Below are positions 18,573 to 28,556 of a stretch of 64,000 bases of DNA, piece after piece. Both the position numbers and the translations under genes were made by a program. This DNA comes from an uncultured Desulfosarcina sp. (GTDB taxonomy: Bacteria; Desulfobacterota; Desulfobacteria; Desulfobacterales; Desulfosarcinaceae): positions 416,001-480,000 of the forward strand of contig CAXXWQ010000003.1 of NCBI GenBank assembly GCA_963674945.2, given 5' to 3'. Below the pieces are notes generated by a model. That model ran no database searches and had not been told where the DNA came from. It was given only the letters and a program-made list of their open reading frames with translations. Positions within the stretch are counted from its first letter, which is position 1; every line of letters begins with the position of its first letter.

Positions 18573-20021
18573 ATGATTACTGATTTGCTATCCCCCCAAC
18601 TTTTCGGGAATGAGGCAGGTGAAGATGAAGATCTATGTCTTCTGAGCTCATACTTTGTCGACAAACCTCTCTTCAAACCTTTTTATAGTGATCAAAACAA
18701 ACTCATGATTGCTCGTGCCAGAAAAGGGATTGGCAAATCGGCACTTTTAAGGAAGACATTTGCTGGAGTATGTGATTCAGATACAGATATTGCTATTTAT
18801 TTAAAAGGTTCAGACCTAATAGCGTTGCAACAAATTGACTCCGATACACCTCACCACTTGATATTTGGATGGCAACAACGTATTTGCTCCAGAATAACTC
18901 TAGAAATTGGAAAGAGACTGAAACTGGCTTTGTCTGATGATACAATAACACTTGTAGAAAGTGCTGAACTGGCAGGATTTAAAGGTAGGAATGTTATTGG
19001 ATCCCTATTAGATCGTCTCAAACTTAAGTTGTCGAATGCAGAAATAGAATTGTCAAAAATAACCCCTGCTGATACAACCCAACTCCTAAATCGATACTTA
19101 GAAAATAAAAAAATTAAAGTTTGGGTTTTTATTGATGATATTGATGCAACATTTATCAACACAGCAGACCAAAAACTTCTGATCTCAACATTTTTTTCAG
19201 CCTGTAGATATTTGGTAAATGATGTTGATGGCCTCATGATCCGTTCATCAATACGGTCTGATGTATGGTCTGTAATTTGCGATGACGAAGCAATGGATAA
19301 ATGCGAGCAATATATGGTTGACATCACTTGGTCAACTCGTGAAACAGGCGACATTTTGAAGAAAAAAATACTCAGCTATTTTCTTACGAAATACCCCAAT
19401 AGCAAAAAATACCAGGAAATGAGAATCTCTAAGAACAAGGGCATCCCTGTCTACAATCTTGTTTTCAAAACTCCATTTCCCTGGGGTAAAAAAATGCTGC
19501 CACCCGACAAACCTATTCATATCATGAGTGCGGGAAGACCAAGATGGGCGGCACAACTGTGTAAGTTAGCAGGCAAGCATGCCGCCACTAAAAATCACTC
19601 TCTCATTCGAATAACGGATGTATCTAAAGTAATGGATGTTTACGGAAGATCAAGGTTAAGCGACTTGTACAAAGAACATGCGCATCAATGCAGTAAACTT
19701 GTTGATATAATTGAATCATTCTCTGGGTGCCAACGCCGATACGCAACAGTAGATTTGTTAACTCACATCACGAACCGAATCATTAAGCGATTCGGCTTAC
19801 CTAAAATTGATGGAATCGAACAAGGTCGAGATAGTTTATATATTTCACACTTCTTGTTCAGAGTTGGATTTATTTATGGTCGAAACGATACAGGTGATGC
19901 GCCACTATCATTTGTAAACTATGATGAAAGGCCTGACCTTCTGGTTTCGACAGCAAATCTTGATGATGGGTTAACTTGGGAGATCCATCCAAGTTACAGG
20001 CAAGCATTAAAAATAAAATAG
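18573..20021 (+). CDS. P-loop ATPase, Sll1717/FunZ-like
   Basis: FGNEAGEDE, RKGIGKS Walker A, VFIDDID Walker B, RPR motif, C-terminal IHPSYR. Confidence 0.75.
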   Translation: MITDLLSPQLFGNEAGEDEDLCLLSSYFVDKPLFKPFYSDQNKLMIARARKGIGKSALLRKTFAGVCDSDTDIAIYLKGSDLIALQQIDSDTPHHLIFGWQQRICSRITLEIGKRLKLALSDDTITLVESAELAGFKGRNVIGSLLDRLKLKLSNAEIELSKITPADTTQLLNRYLENKKIKVWVFIDDIDATFINTADQKLLISTFFSACRYLVNDVDGLMIRSSIRSDVWSVICDDEAMDKCEQYMVDITWSTRETGDILKKKILSYFLTKYPNSKKYQEMRISKNKGIPVYNLVFKTPFPWGKKMLPPDKPIHIMSAGRPRWAAQLCKLAGKHAATKNHSLIRITDVSKVMDVYGRSRLSDLYKEHAHQCSKLVDIIESFSGCQRRYATVDLLTHITNRIIKRFGLPKIDGIEQGRDSLYISHFLFRVGFIYGRNDTGDAPLSFVNYDERPDLLVSTANLDDGLTWEIHPSYRQALKIK

Positions 20022-20070
20022 ACCGAACTCCATTTCTTAATAGACATCAAAAACTGGCGCCAGAGGTCGG

Positions 20071-20141
20071 AAGGGGTCAAGTCTGCTCTTGGCTCATATA
20101 GAGATTGTGGATTGAATTTGCCCTCAATGGTCTTTAAATAG
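20071..20141 (+). repeat. 71-bp direct repeat, copy 1
   Basis: AAGGGGTCAAGTCTGCTCTTG...TTTAAATAG; 65/71 identical to 21078-21148. Confidence 0.9.
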
Positions 20142-20232
20142 AGCAAGCTTGGATCGGCGATTTTTATCCCTATTTGGGATGTTATTAAGGCGTCCATAGA
20201 ATATCAATAATAGTCACAATAAAGGAAAAAAA

Positions 20233-20778
20233 TTGGACTCTTTTGAATCAATTGTGAGAACGATTTTTGAGAGTAAAGGTTACTGGGTGAAGACCTGTTT
20301 CAAAGTTGATCTTACAAAGGAAGAAAAGCGAAAAATTGGCCGCTCATCATCTCCGAGGTGGGAATTAGATGTGGTGGCTTATAAAGGAGGTAACAAAGAA
20401 ATATTAGTCATTGAATGTAAATCCTATCTCGATAGTTTAGGCGTCAAAGCTGAGAGCTTGCAAAATGGAAAATCAAAAGAAAGATACAAGCTATTCAATG
20501 AGGAAACACTTCGAAACGTTGTTTTCGAGCGTCTTATAAAACAATTGGTTGGCTCTGGGGCATGTTCCGAAGACACAAAAGTAAAACTTTGTCTTGCTTC
20601 TGGAAAAGTCTATTCAAAGGAAGATAGAGAACAATTATCAAGATATTTCGAGAAAATGGGATGGGAATTTTTTTCAGATGAATGGATTAAAAACGAATTA
20701 ATTAACTTGGCAGATTCAGGGTACGAAAACGAAGTGGCAACAGTCGCAACAAAAATCATATCAAGAAACAACGGCTGA
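20233..20778 (+). CDS. PD-(D/E)XK restriction-endonuclease-like protein
   Basis: FE...ELDVVAY...VIECKSY. Confidence 0.75.
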   Translation: MDSFESIVRTIFESKGYWVKTCFKVDLTKEEKRKIGRSSSPRWELDVVAYKGGNKEILVIECKSYLDSLGVKAESLQNGKSKERYKLFNEETLRNVVFERLIKQLVGSGACSEDTKVKLCLASGKVYSKEDREQLSRYFEKMGWEFFSDEWIKNELINLADSGYENEVATVATKIISRNNG

Positions 20779-20803
20779 TGAAAAACAAAAGTAGGAACAT
20801 GCC

Positions 20804-21058
20804 ATGAAGATATTGATCGAAGCAGTGGCAGAAGATCCGAAGGCGGACATCAAGGAAAACACGCGTCGACAGAGAGTTATTGATGCTAATGCGATTCTTG
20901 AGGCACTACTTCTTGAATATGGCGTCGATGCAGCTCTTGAGGCTGTAGTCAATCAAGGATTCAGTGCGGGAGGCAATTATAGCACAATCGCAAAACAACT
21001 GTACGACTTTGCACTGGAACGAAAGGCCGCAAGGATGGGGAAGACGAAGTCGGCGTGA
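20804..21058 (+). CDS. small hypothetical protein
   Basis: AGGA RBS, follows the nuclease gene. Confidence 0.5.
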   Translation: MKILIEAVAEDPKADIKENTRRQRVIDANAILEALLLEYGVDAALEAVVNQGFSAGGNYSTIAKQLYDFALERKAARMGKTKSA

Positions 21059-21077
21059 AATTATGGGGGTGAATGGA

Positions 21078-21148
21078 AAGGGGTCAAGTCTGCTCTTGAC
21101 TCATATAGAGATTGTGGGTTGAATTTGTGCTCAATTTTCTTTAAATAG
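21078..21148 (+). repeat. 71-bp direct repeat, copy 2
   Basis: See copy 1. Confidence 0.9.
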
Positions 21149-21169
21149 TACAGATTTAAATCATTTAAT

Positions 21170-21736
21170 TTGTTACTATTTGGGATGTTGAGCCTGATGC
21201 AAAATAAGTTCAAAAAAAATAGGATTAAGAAGGTCTGCGCTTGTTGCGGAAAATATATGGGCCGTGTCACTTCGAAAAATGGTTCCGAAAATGAGATCAC
21301 TCATGGCATTTGCGGCAAATGTAAAGATAATCTGTTATTCCAGAAGGGTGTCGGTGCTAGCCTTGGTGTGTTCCTTGACAACCTGAAACGACCTATCCTT
21401 GCAGTTGATCGAGAAGGAATAATTGTCATCGCAAACGATAAAGCAAAGACGTTACTTCAAAATGGATTATCAAAAATTGAAGGGCACAATGGTTGCGAGT
21501 TGTTTGAGTGTATCTATGCGCGACTGCCTGAGGGATTTGGGAATACGGTATACTGTTCCGGTTGCACTATCAAAAGGACATTAATGGAGACATACGTGAC
21601 AGGAAGGAGTTTCCTGAAGATTCCGGTCTCACTCAATCGTGACACTTCAAAAGATCCGGATAAAATAAATTTTTTGATCTCCACCGTAAAAAACAATGAT
21701 CTGGTTTTTGTGAGGATCGATCATATGACTGCATAG
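21170..21736 (+). CDS. Zn-finger + PAS-like domain protein (start uncertain)
   Basis: CACC...HGICGKC then PILAVDREGIIVIANDKA. Confidence 0.6.
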   Translation: MLLFGMLSLMQNKFKKNRIKKVCACCGKYMGRVTSKNGSENEITHGICGKCKDNLLFQKGVGASLGVFLDNLKRPILAVDREGIIVIANDKAKTLLQNGLSKIEGHNGCELFECIYARLPEGFGNTVYCSGCTIKRTLMETYVTGRSFLKIPVSLNRDTSKDPDKINFLISTVKNNDLVFVRIDHMTA

Positions 21737-21918
21737 CCTAAACACTGAGTTCGGCCGATAAGTTTTTGCACCAATTTAGTGATGACAAATTTCTGAGTCT
21801 ATCTGCAAATCGTTAGACATCCCTAACAGAATCCAGCCAAATTTCTTATTTTTAAATATCCTGCGCCCAGCCGCCGGAATCGTACACAACAAATACCATC
21901 AACGCGCCATAACCTTTT

Positions 21919-22120
21919 GTTATCACGTCATTCCCGACCCACACAAGTTTCACAAAAGGTCCACAAAAGTGCCATCAAATCCCCAATTCAATATTTCTGA
22001 GATAGTCTGCTCCCCCATAGTTATCACGTCATTCCCGACCCACACAAGTTTCACAAAAGGTCCACAAAAGTGCCATCAAATCCCCAATTCAATATTTCTG
22101 AGATAGTCTGCTCCCCCATA
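21919..22120. repeat. exact 101-bp tandem duplication containing the candidate transposon end
   Basis: 21919-22019 = 22020-22120, each ending ATTTCTGAGATAGTCTGCTCCCCCATA. Confidence 0.95.
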
Positions 22121-22159
22121 TTCCTTGGAGCCCCTGGCCGTATGCGCAAAGGGGGCTAC

Positions 22160-22197
22160 AAAAAAACAGGGAGAAGCTGTGAAATCGCCTCTCCCTG
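22160..22197 (-). terminator. intrinsic terminator of the tRNA operon
   Basis: CAGGGAGAGGC..GCTTCTCCCTG followed by T7 on the minus strand. Confidence 0.7.
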
Positions 22198-22209
22198 ATC
22201 ATTTTTATC

Positions 22210-22286
<77 letters not shown>

Positions 22287-22335
22287 GCAAGCGGTAAAGG
22301 CCATTGCGGTCGGGGCAATGGCCTTTTTTGGTTAA

Positions 22336-22412
22336 TGGGGTGAGTGATGGGACTTGAACCCACGACCCTCAGGGCCACAACCTGATGCTCTGCCAACTGA
22401 GCTACACCCACC
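22336..22412 (-). tRNA. tRNA-His(GUG), with encoded G-1
   Basis: G-GTGGGTGTAGCTCAGTTGGCAGAGC...TT-GTG-GC...GGTTCAAGTCCC...CACCCCA. Confidence 0.95.
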
Positions 22413-22603
22413 ATAATAAAAGAGTTCAACTAACAGATCGTATGTCCCATTTCAACCATTAATTTTGACGGATTCGTAAAAAGTCCGATATCGGCGTTAC
22501 GCTTCATCCTTCGTCTTTTATCTTTCGTCTTCAACCGCCCTCCCCGCCCCCACCTTTCCAGCAGCTATTGACCATAGAAAACGAATCATATACCCTTGCG
22601 AAA

Positions 22604-22757
22604 TGCCAACCCAGAAATGGCCAATTCAATTGTAGCTTGGGCCGATATCGGCGTTGCTTGAAACATTTAATTCTCGGAACATCAACTATATCCTTCCGGT
22701 AAAATTTTTCGGGCGCTTTGATCTCGAACAAGTTTTCCCATTTCTGGATGGACATTT
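22604..22757. repeat. about 150-bp MITE-like repeat, copy 1
   Basis: CCAGAAATGG...GATATCGGCGTTGC...CCGGTAAAATTTTTCG...TTTCTGGATGGACA; similar to 31112-31256. Confidence 0.7.
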
Positions 22758-22834
22758 GCTTTGGTTTAGGGCTATTTCAAACTGAAACCGAAGCTTGATA
22801 TGATGAATTCAACCAAAGAAGAAAAGGCAGCCGC

Positions 22835-23008
22835 TTGAACGCATTTTATATCTTCATTATCCGGGCCATTTTGGGAGCCGGTTTCGCAGTGATCCTGACA
22901 CGCATGTTTTACCCCGATACGAACATTCTCTACGTCGCCGGATTGGGGGTCATCCTCGTGGGCCTGGCGTATTTCGCAGAATATTTACGCAACCGCAAAA
23001 AACAATAA
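22835..23008 (+). CDS. small two-TM membrane protein (57 aa)
   Basis: TTG start: [27 protein letters not shown]...[21 protein letters not shown]; below the ORF-track cutoff. Confidence 0.6.
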   Translation: MNAFYIFIIRAILGAGFAVILTRMFYPDTNILYVAGLGVILVGLAYFAEYLRNRKKQ

Positions 23009-23036
23009 TTCGGCCATTTTTTGGAGCAGACAGATC

Positions 23037-24950
23037 GTGAAACAGATTATTCTCGGAACCGCAGGACACATCGACCACGGCAAGACCAGCCTCATCAAGG
23101 CAATCACCGGGACCAACACCGATCGCTTGAAAGAGGAACAAAAGCGGGGAATCACCATCGAGCTGGGGTTCGCCGCCCTGGATCTTCCCAGCGGCCGACA
23201 TCTGGGCATCGTCGACGTTCCCGGCCATGAAAAGTTTGTCAAGAACATGGTCGCCGGTGCCACCGGCATCGACATCGTCACCATGGTGATCGCGGCGGAC
23301 GAAGGGGTCATGCCCCAAACCCGCGAACACATGGAGATCTGCACCCTCTTGGGCGTCAAGCACGGCATGGTGGTATTGACAAAGATCGACATGGTGGATG
23401 AAGAGTGGCTCGAGCTGGTCACCGATGACATCATGGAGTTCACCATGGGCACCTTTCTCGAAGAATCGCCCATCGTACCGGTCTCATCGTTCACCGGAGA
23501 GGGCATCCCCAAATTCATCGAGGTGCTCGACGAACTTTGTCAGGATGTGCCCGAACACACCAACAGCGGCCTCTTCCGCCTTCCCGTGGACCGGGTTTTC
23601 ACCATGAAAGGTTTCGGCACCGTAATCACCGGCACGCTGATTTCCGGCCAGATCGCTGTGGGTGATTCCATCATGATCTATCCCGGCAAGATCACCTCCA
23701 AAGTCAGGGGCATCCAGGTACACAACGAGGGGCGGGAAACCGCCGCGGCCGGCATGCGAACCGCGATCAATTTTCAGGGGTTGGAGAGGGCATCCATCAA
23801 CAGGGGAGACATCCTCGCACGCGAGAACACCTTGATACCCAGCTACATGGTGGACCTGGAATTCCACTTTCTCTCCAGCAACAAAAAACCCCTTAAAAAC
23901 CGGACCCAGGTGCGCTTTCATACGGGCACCAGCGAAACCATGGGAAACATCATCCTACTGGACAGAGAAGAGATCAACCCGGGGGAGACCTGCGCGGCCC
24001 AGATTCGTCTGGATGAACCGGTTTCCCTGATACGGGACGATCGATTCGTGGTCAGAAGCTATTCACCGGTTCGGACCATCGGTGGCGGAAAAGTGCTCAA
24101 TCCCATTCCATCCAAGCACAAACGGTTTCAGAAGGATATCATCGATGGGCTCCAGGCCCTCGTGGATGCGGACACCGAGGGCATCATCGATCATCACTGC
24201 AAGATGGCAGGCCCCGCCGGGGTCACTTTCTCTCAACTGCTGCTGATGACCAACCTGCCGGCCAAGGCCCTCGATTCGGCCATCACCAGCCTCTTAAACA
24301 GTCAGAACCTCCTGTTGGCGGACAAGGAGAGCCGCGCTTACATTCACCAGGAGACGTTCAATCAACTCAAGGATCGAAGTCACACGGTGCTGGAACAGTT
24401 CCACCGGGAAAACCCCCTCAAGCCAGGCATTTCCAAGGAGGAACTGAAATCGAAATTTCCCAAGGGCGCAAGTGCAAAACTCTTTACCCTGGTGCTAAAC
24501 CGGATGATCAAAGACAACCAACTGGCGTTGGAGGACGATACGGTCCGTCTCGCCGCGCACACCGTCACGCTTCAGGTGGACGAGCAGGAACTCAAGCAGA
24601 AAATTTTGACCATCTATAAAGAGAGCAAACTGACGCCCCCCTATTTTCGTGAGATCGTCAGGAATCTGGATGTGGACGCCAAAACCGCCAAGGGGGTCCT
24701 GGAACTTCTAGTCGCCGAAAAATCACTGGTCAAGGTCAAGGAAGACCTCTATTACGATCGAAATGTCATAGATAATTTGAAGCAAGAGATTGTCGCACAT
24801 ATCGTGGCGCATGGTGAGATCTCGACGCCCACGTTCAAGGATATGATTGGAATTTCCAGGAAATATGTGATACCGTTAATCGAGCATTTTGATGCAACCA
24901 ACGTCACGATCCGCATCGGAGATATTCGAAAGCTCAGAAAGGGTCAATAA
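23037..24950 (+). CDS. selB: selenocysteine-specific elongation factor
   Basis: [20 protein letters not shown]-terminal [13 protein letters not shown] winged helix. Confidence 0.97.
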   Translation: MKQIILGTAGHIDHGKTSLIKAITGTNTDRLKEEQKRGITIELGFAALDLPSGRHLGIVDVPGHEKFVKNMVAGATGIDIVTMVIAADEGVMPQTREHMEICTLLGVKHGMVVLTKIDMVDEEWLELVTDDIMEFTMGTFLEESPIVPVSSFTGEGIPKFIEVLDELCQDVPEHTNSGLFRLPVDRVFTMKGFGTVITGTLISGQIAVGDSIMIYPGKITSKVRGIQVHNEGRETAAAGMRTAINFQGLERASINRGDILARENTLIPSYMVDLEFHFLSSNKKPLKNRTQVRFHTGTSETMGNIILLDREEINPGETCAAQIRLDEPVSLIRDDRFVVRSYSPVRTIGGGKVLNPIPSKHKRFQKDIIDGLQALVDADTEGIIDHHCKMAGPAGVTFSQLLLMTNLPAKALDSAITSLLNSQNLLLADKESRAYIHQETFNQLKDRSHTVLEQFHRENPLKPGISKEELKSKFPKGASAKLFTLVLNRMIKDNQLALEDDTVRLAAHTVTLQVDEQELKQKILTIYKESKLTPPYFREIVRNLDVDAKTAKGVLELLVAEKSLVKVKEDLYYDRNVIDNLKQEIVAHIVAHGEISTPTFKDMIGISRKYVIPLIEHFDATNVTIRIGDIRKLRKGQ

Positions 24951-25004
24951 TCGCGCCACCGGTGATAAAACAGCCAGCCGGTCATTACGGAAAACGGAGT
25001 TGTC

Positions 25005-26342
25005 ATGGGAAACGACGAAAGCAGCCCGAAGGGCGCCGATTTCAAGAAGTTCGCGACGCCACGCATCATCGGTGGAATCGCCATTGCGATCATTGTGCTG
25101 TGGGCACTTTCCCTCATCTTCGGATCAACAGACGATACCCCATCGAAAAATGAGCAGAGGGCTTCCCACGACACCCGGGAAGCGGCACCCCATGCAGCCG
25201 GTGATGAGGAGGGGGACCATGGGGATACGTCCATTGGCGATGAAAACACCGACGACCATGTTGCCACCGACGGCCATGTGGATTCCGAGACCGTTGATAC
25301 CGCGACCTCCCATGACGCGAGCGCCGGCCAAGTTTCGACCGATCGGCAGCACACTGCCGCATCCCATGACGCTGCCGAAGATGAGAAAACAGGGCATGAC
25401 GCCTCTGCCGAACGCGAGGCCGATTCCCACGCAGCCACCAAGGCCGTAAAAAAGGAGACCGCCCACAAAGCCACCTCCCATACATCGAAAAGCGATGCCA
25501 CCGATCACATTGCATCGAAGGATGCCAAACACGACGAAGTTGCCGGGCATCCCTTGCCCGAGACCGTTATGACACCGGCACACAAGCCCACCCCCAAAGG
25601 GGTCGCCTTCGTGGAGGCGTCCATCGCGCCCTTGCGCTACGAACTGGAAGAACGCTGGTGGGGTTGGCGGCCCAATGACCTCATCAGAGTTACGGACAAT
25701 GTCAACAACTTCCAGATGGGTGTACTGGAAGTATCCCGCCGCACCGTCGTGGCCCTTGCCGAACGGATATCGCGGACCGGCACCACCGATGCGTATGACG
25801 AAAATCTCGAACAGGCCATGAACTGGCTCATGGTCAAGGCCAGCAGTTACTGGTTCCCCTCTGCCGAATCCAAATACAAAGAAGCCCTGGAAGAGATGGA
25901 AGTCTATTTGGAGAAATTAAAAAATGGAGGGGCGACGTTCTATACGCGTACGGATAACCTGATCCCCCTCTTGGCCTCGTTCGAGGACCTGCTGGGAAGC
26001 TGTGACGAAAACCTGGTAAAGACGTTTAACGAAGATGGAACACCGGTGAGCTTCTTCGCCGTGGATAACTATTTTTACTACACCCAGGGTGTGGCCAGTT
26101 CCATGGCGACCATACTGGAAGCCGTTCACCACGATTTTCTCCTGACTCTGGAGTCCCGGCACGGCACCGAATTGCTGCACCATGCCATCGTCTCCTGCCA
26201 ACGGGCAGCGGAGATAGAGCCGTGGATCATCCTGGACCGGAAATATAGCAGCATTTTCGCCAACCACCGGGCCAACATGGCCGCGCCCATCAGCCACGCC
26301 CGGTTTTATCTGGGGCAACTGATCAAGACATTGTCTACATAA
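25005..26342 (+). CDS. DUF2333 family membrane-anchored protein with His/Asp-rich linker
   Basis: TM helix, low-complexity linker, WRPND...DNVNNFQMGV...DNYFYY..G domain. Confidence 0.75.
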   Translation: MGNDESSPKGADFKKFATPRIIGGIAIAIIVLWALSLIFGSTDDTPSKNEQRASHDTREAAPHAAGDEEGDHGDTSIGDENTDDHVATDGHVDSETVDTATSHDASAGQVSTDRQHTAASHDAAEDEKTGHDASAEREADSHAATKAVKKETAHKATSHTSKSDATDHIASKDAKHDEVAGHPLPETVMTPAHKPTPKGVAFVEASIAPLRYELEERWWGWRPNDLIRVTDNVNNFQMGVLEVSRRTVVALAERISRTGTTDAYDENLEQAMNWLMVKASSYWFPSAESKYKEALEEMEVYLEKLKNGGATFYTRTDNLIPLLASFEDLLGSCDENLVKTFNEDGTPVSFFAVDNYFYYTQGVASSMATILEAVHHDFLLTLESRHGTELLHHAIVSCQRAAEIEPWIILDRKYSSIFANHRANMAAPISHARFYLGQLIKTLST

Positions 26343-26411
26343 TTTGGTTCGGAGTAATATCTTTCGTCTTGGCTTTCCCTGAAAGGCGTGACGCGCAACG
26401 ATTGCTGAAAT

Positions 26412-26537
26412 CCACAGGAGTCAGAAGCCAGAATTCAGGAGCCAGAATGAATCTGATATCGCTTTGCTCCGTCTATTGGATTAGATGGATCGAGCCGAAG
26501 GCGAATACCTGATTCTGGATTCATAATTCTCGTATGA
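26412..26537 (+). repeat. GGAGTCAGAAGCCAGAAT heptad palindromic repeat, copy 1
   Basis: Homologous to 33038-33157 (reverse) and 37297-37419. Confidence 0.75.
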
Positions 26538-26696
26538 AACTACGCCAAAATGGCATTGTTTCAGTTGTCGTTCAAACCGGCCAAAGGTCGGCGGCGGCGC
26601 TGACTTCTGTCTTCTTGTAAAATCATTCGGCAGTGCCATTTACCTTTTTAACCTGGCCCTGATGACCAAGTTTTATTTATTGAATACACTTACCAT

Positions 26697-27920
26697 CTAC
26701 AATGGACAGCACTCAATCAACTGCCCGGCCACACTTTCCAGAAAGCGCATCCCCCGTTCGGTCAGCCAGACGCACCTTCGATCGCTTTCAAGCAGCCCAT
26801 CTCCCATCAATCGAGACAAAACGGGATCGAAACGTTTGGAGAAATCGTCTTGAAACCGCCGGGTGTAATTTTTCCTATCGATCCCTTCCCTCTTTCTCAG
26901 TCCAAGATAGACGAACTCCATGATCTGCTGACCCCGTGTCAACACTTCACCGCCGGCGGTCGGCGCATCACCGGCTTTCAGCGCCTTCAGGTACCGGTCC
27001 AACGAACGGTGATTCCACCATCGCCGATTTTCCATACAGCTGTGGGCAGCCGGCCCGAATCCCAGGTACGGCAAAAGGTCCCAGTATTTGCTGTTGTGGC
27101 GGGATCGATAGTCGACGTTTTCGTTATCCGTATGCCGGGCGAAATTGGAAATCTCATAGCGAGGATAGCCTTTTTGTCCCAAGACCTCACCGGTCATGGA
27201 GAAAAGGGTCGCGGCCAGCGATTCCGACACGGGAAGAACCCGCCCCTCTTTCACCCATCCGGCCAGCGGGGTCCCCGCCTCCCATGTGAGTGAATAGCAG
27301 GAGAGATGTTCCGGCGCCAGGTCAACGACACGGGCCAATTGATCCTCCCAGCCTTTTTTCGTCTGACCGGGAACGGCGAACATCAGGTCCAGCCCCACGT
27401 TATCCAATCCGGCCGCCCTCGCATCCGAAAAAGCGTCGATTCCCTGCCGGGCCGTATGGATCCTTCCCAGAAACGTCAGGATGTGATCGTCCATAGATTG
27501 AAGGCCGAGGTTGAGACGATTGATACCGACGTTCCGGTATTGCGCCAAACGCTGTCGATCCACCGTACCCGGATTGGCCTCGAGTGTCACCTCCGCATGG
27601 GAGTCCACGGCAAATCGACGGCAAAGGGCGTCGATGATCCGGGCGATGTGTTCCGGCTGCAGCAACGAAGGCGTTCCGCCACCAAAATAGACCGTATCCG
27701 CATGAATCCCTTGGTGATGGTCCCGCTCGATTTCGTCGATGACGGCTGCAACGTAAGAAGAGATGAGATCGTGTCGTGTGGTGGAGAAAAAATCGCAATA
27801 GGGGCACTTGGCCCTGCAAAACGGCACGTGGATGTAAAGGCCGACGGTTGTGATGGAAGAAGAAACGGTCTTCGCAGATGCCGGATGAAAACCGGCAGGC
27901 ATCGGATTTGAATGATCCAT
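26697..27920 (-). CDS. hemW: radical SAM heme chaperone (HemN-like)
   Basis: YIHVPFCRAKCPYCDF, YEISNF, HNSKYW. Confidence 0.9.
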   Translation of the reverse strand: MDHSNPMPAGFHPASAKTVSSSITTVGLYIHVPFCRAKCPYCDFFSTTRHDLISSYVAAVIDEIERDHHQGIHADTVYFGGGTPSLLQPEHIARIIDALCRRFAVDSHAEVTLEANPGTVDRQRLAQYRNVGINRLNLGLQSMDDHILTFLGRIHTARQGIDAFSDARAAGLDNVGLDLMFAVPGQTKKGWEDQLARVVDLAPEHLSCYSLTWEAGTPLAGWVKEGRVLPVSESLAATLFSMTGEVLGQKGYPRYEISNFARHTDNENVDYRSRHNSKYWDLLPYLGFGPAAHSCMENRRWWNHRSLDRYLKALKAGDAPTAGGEVLTRGQQIMEFVYLGLRKREGIDRKNYTRRFQDDFSKRFDPVLSRLMGDGLLESDRRCVWLTERGMRFLESVAGQLIECCPL

Positions 27921-28007
27921 GTTATCGCATTGTGGCCCGCATCAGTCTTACGACGCAACCCATGATCTTGAAGACGAAACGGTTTTTAATCCCCGGCATC
28001 ACGCCGG

Positions 28008-28556
28008 TCATGCTTCGGATCGGGCCAATTCCAGACCCAACTCCAGCGCCTTGCGGTTCAGGTCGATGAAGCCTGGAGGAATGCGGGTATCCAACACTTT
28101 CATGATGGACTCCGGCTTTACGATCTGGGTCATTCCCACCACCACACCAAGCATGCAGATGTTGAACACGATGGGCTTTTTCACCTTTTCCATGACGCTC
28201 TCGTACATGGGAAACTCTCGCTGGCGGGCATCCACCTTGAGATGGGTCTGGACGAAACGGGGATCTGTGATAAGAAGGCCGCCGGGTCGAATGATATCGA
28301 AGAATGTATTGTAGGCCTCCTGGGTGAGACACACCAGCACATTCGGCTGGATCACCTTGGGGAAATTGATCTTTGCATCGGAGATAATCACGTCAGAACG
28401 CGTGGCCCCGCCCCTGGCCGCCGCACCATAGGCCTGGGTCTGTACGGCCTCCAGATTCTCGTGAAGTACCGCCGATTCGGCCAGGATAATCGCCGCCGTA
28501 ATCACCCCCTGGCCCCCGGAACCCGAAAAAACCATTCTGAGTCTGGATCGTTCCAT
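28008..28556 (-). CDS. korC: 2-oxoacid:ferredoxin oxidoreductase gamma subunit
   Basis: SGSGGQGVITA, YGAAARGG. Confidence 0.9.
   Translation of the reverse strand: MERSRLRMVFSGSGGQGVITAAIILAESAVLHENLEAVQTQAYGAAARGGATRSDVIISDAKINFPKVIQPNVLVCLTQEAYNTFFDIIRPGGLLITDPRFVQTHLKVDARQREFPMYESVMEKVKKPIVFNICMLGVVVGMTQIVKPESIMKVLDTRIPPGFIDLNRKALELGLELARSEA

Larger units (their letters stand above)
9372..22120. mobile_element. Mu-like transposable element / defective Mu-like prophage (early region plus cargo; left boundary not defined)
   Basis: Repressor divergent from a ner-A-B-gemA-DUF3164 operon; candidate terminus ...GTCTGCTCCCCCATA at 22120. Confidence 0.8.

Noticed and set aside
21919..22120. CRISPR array (also considered for the 71-bp and heptad repeats)
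   Set aside because: No repeat-spacer periodicity and no cas genes
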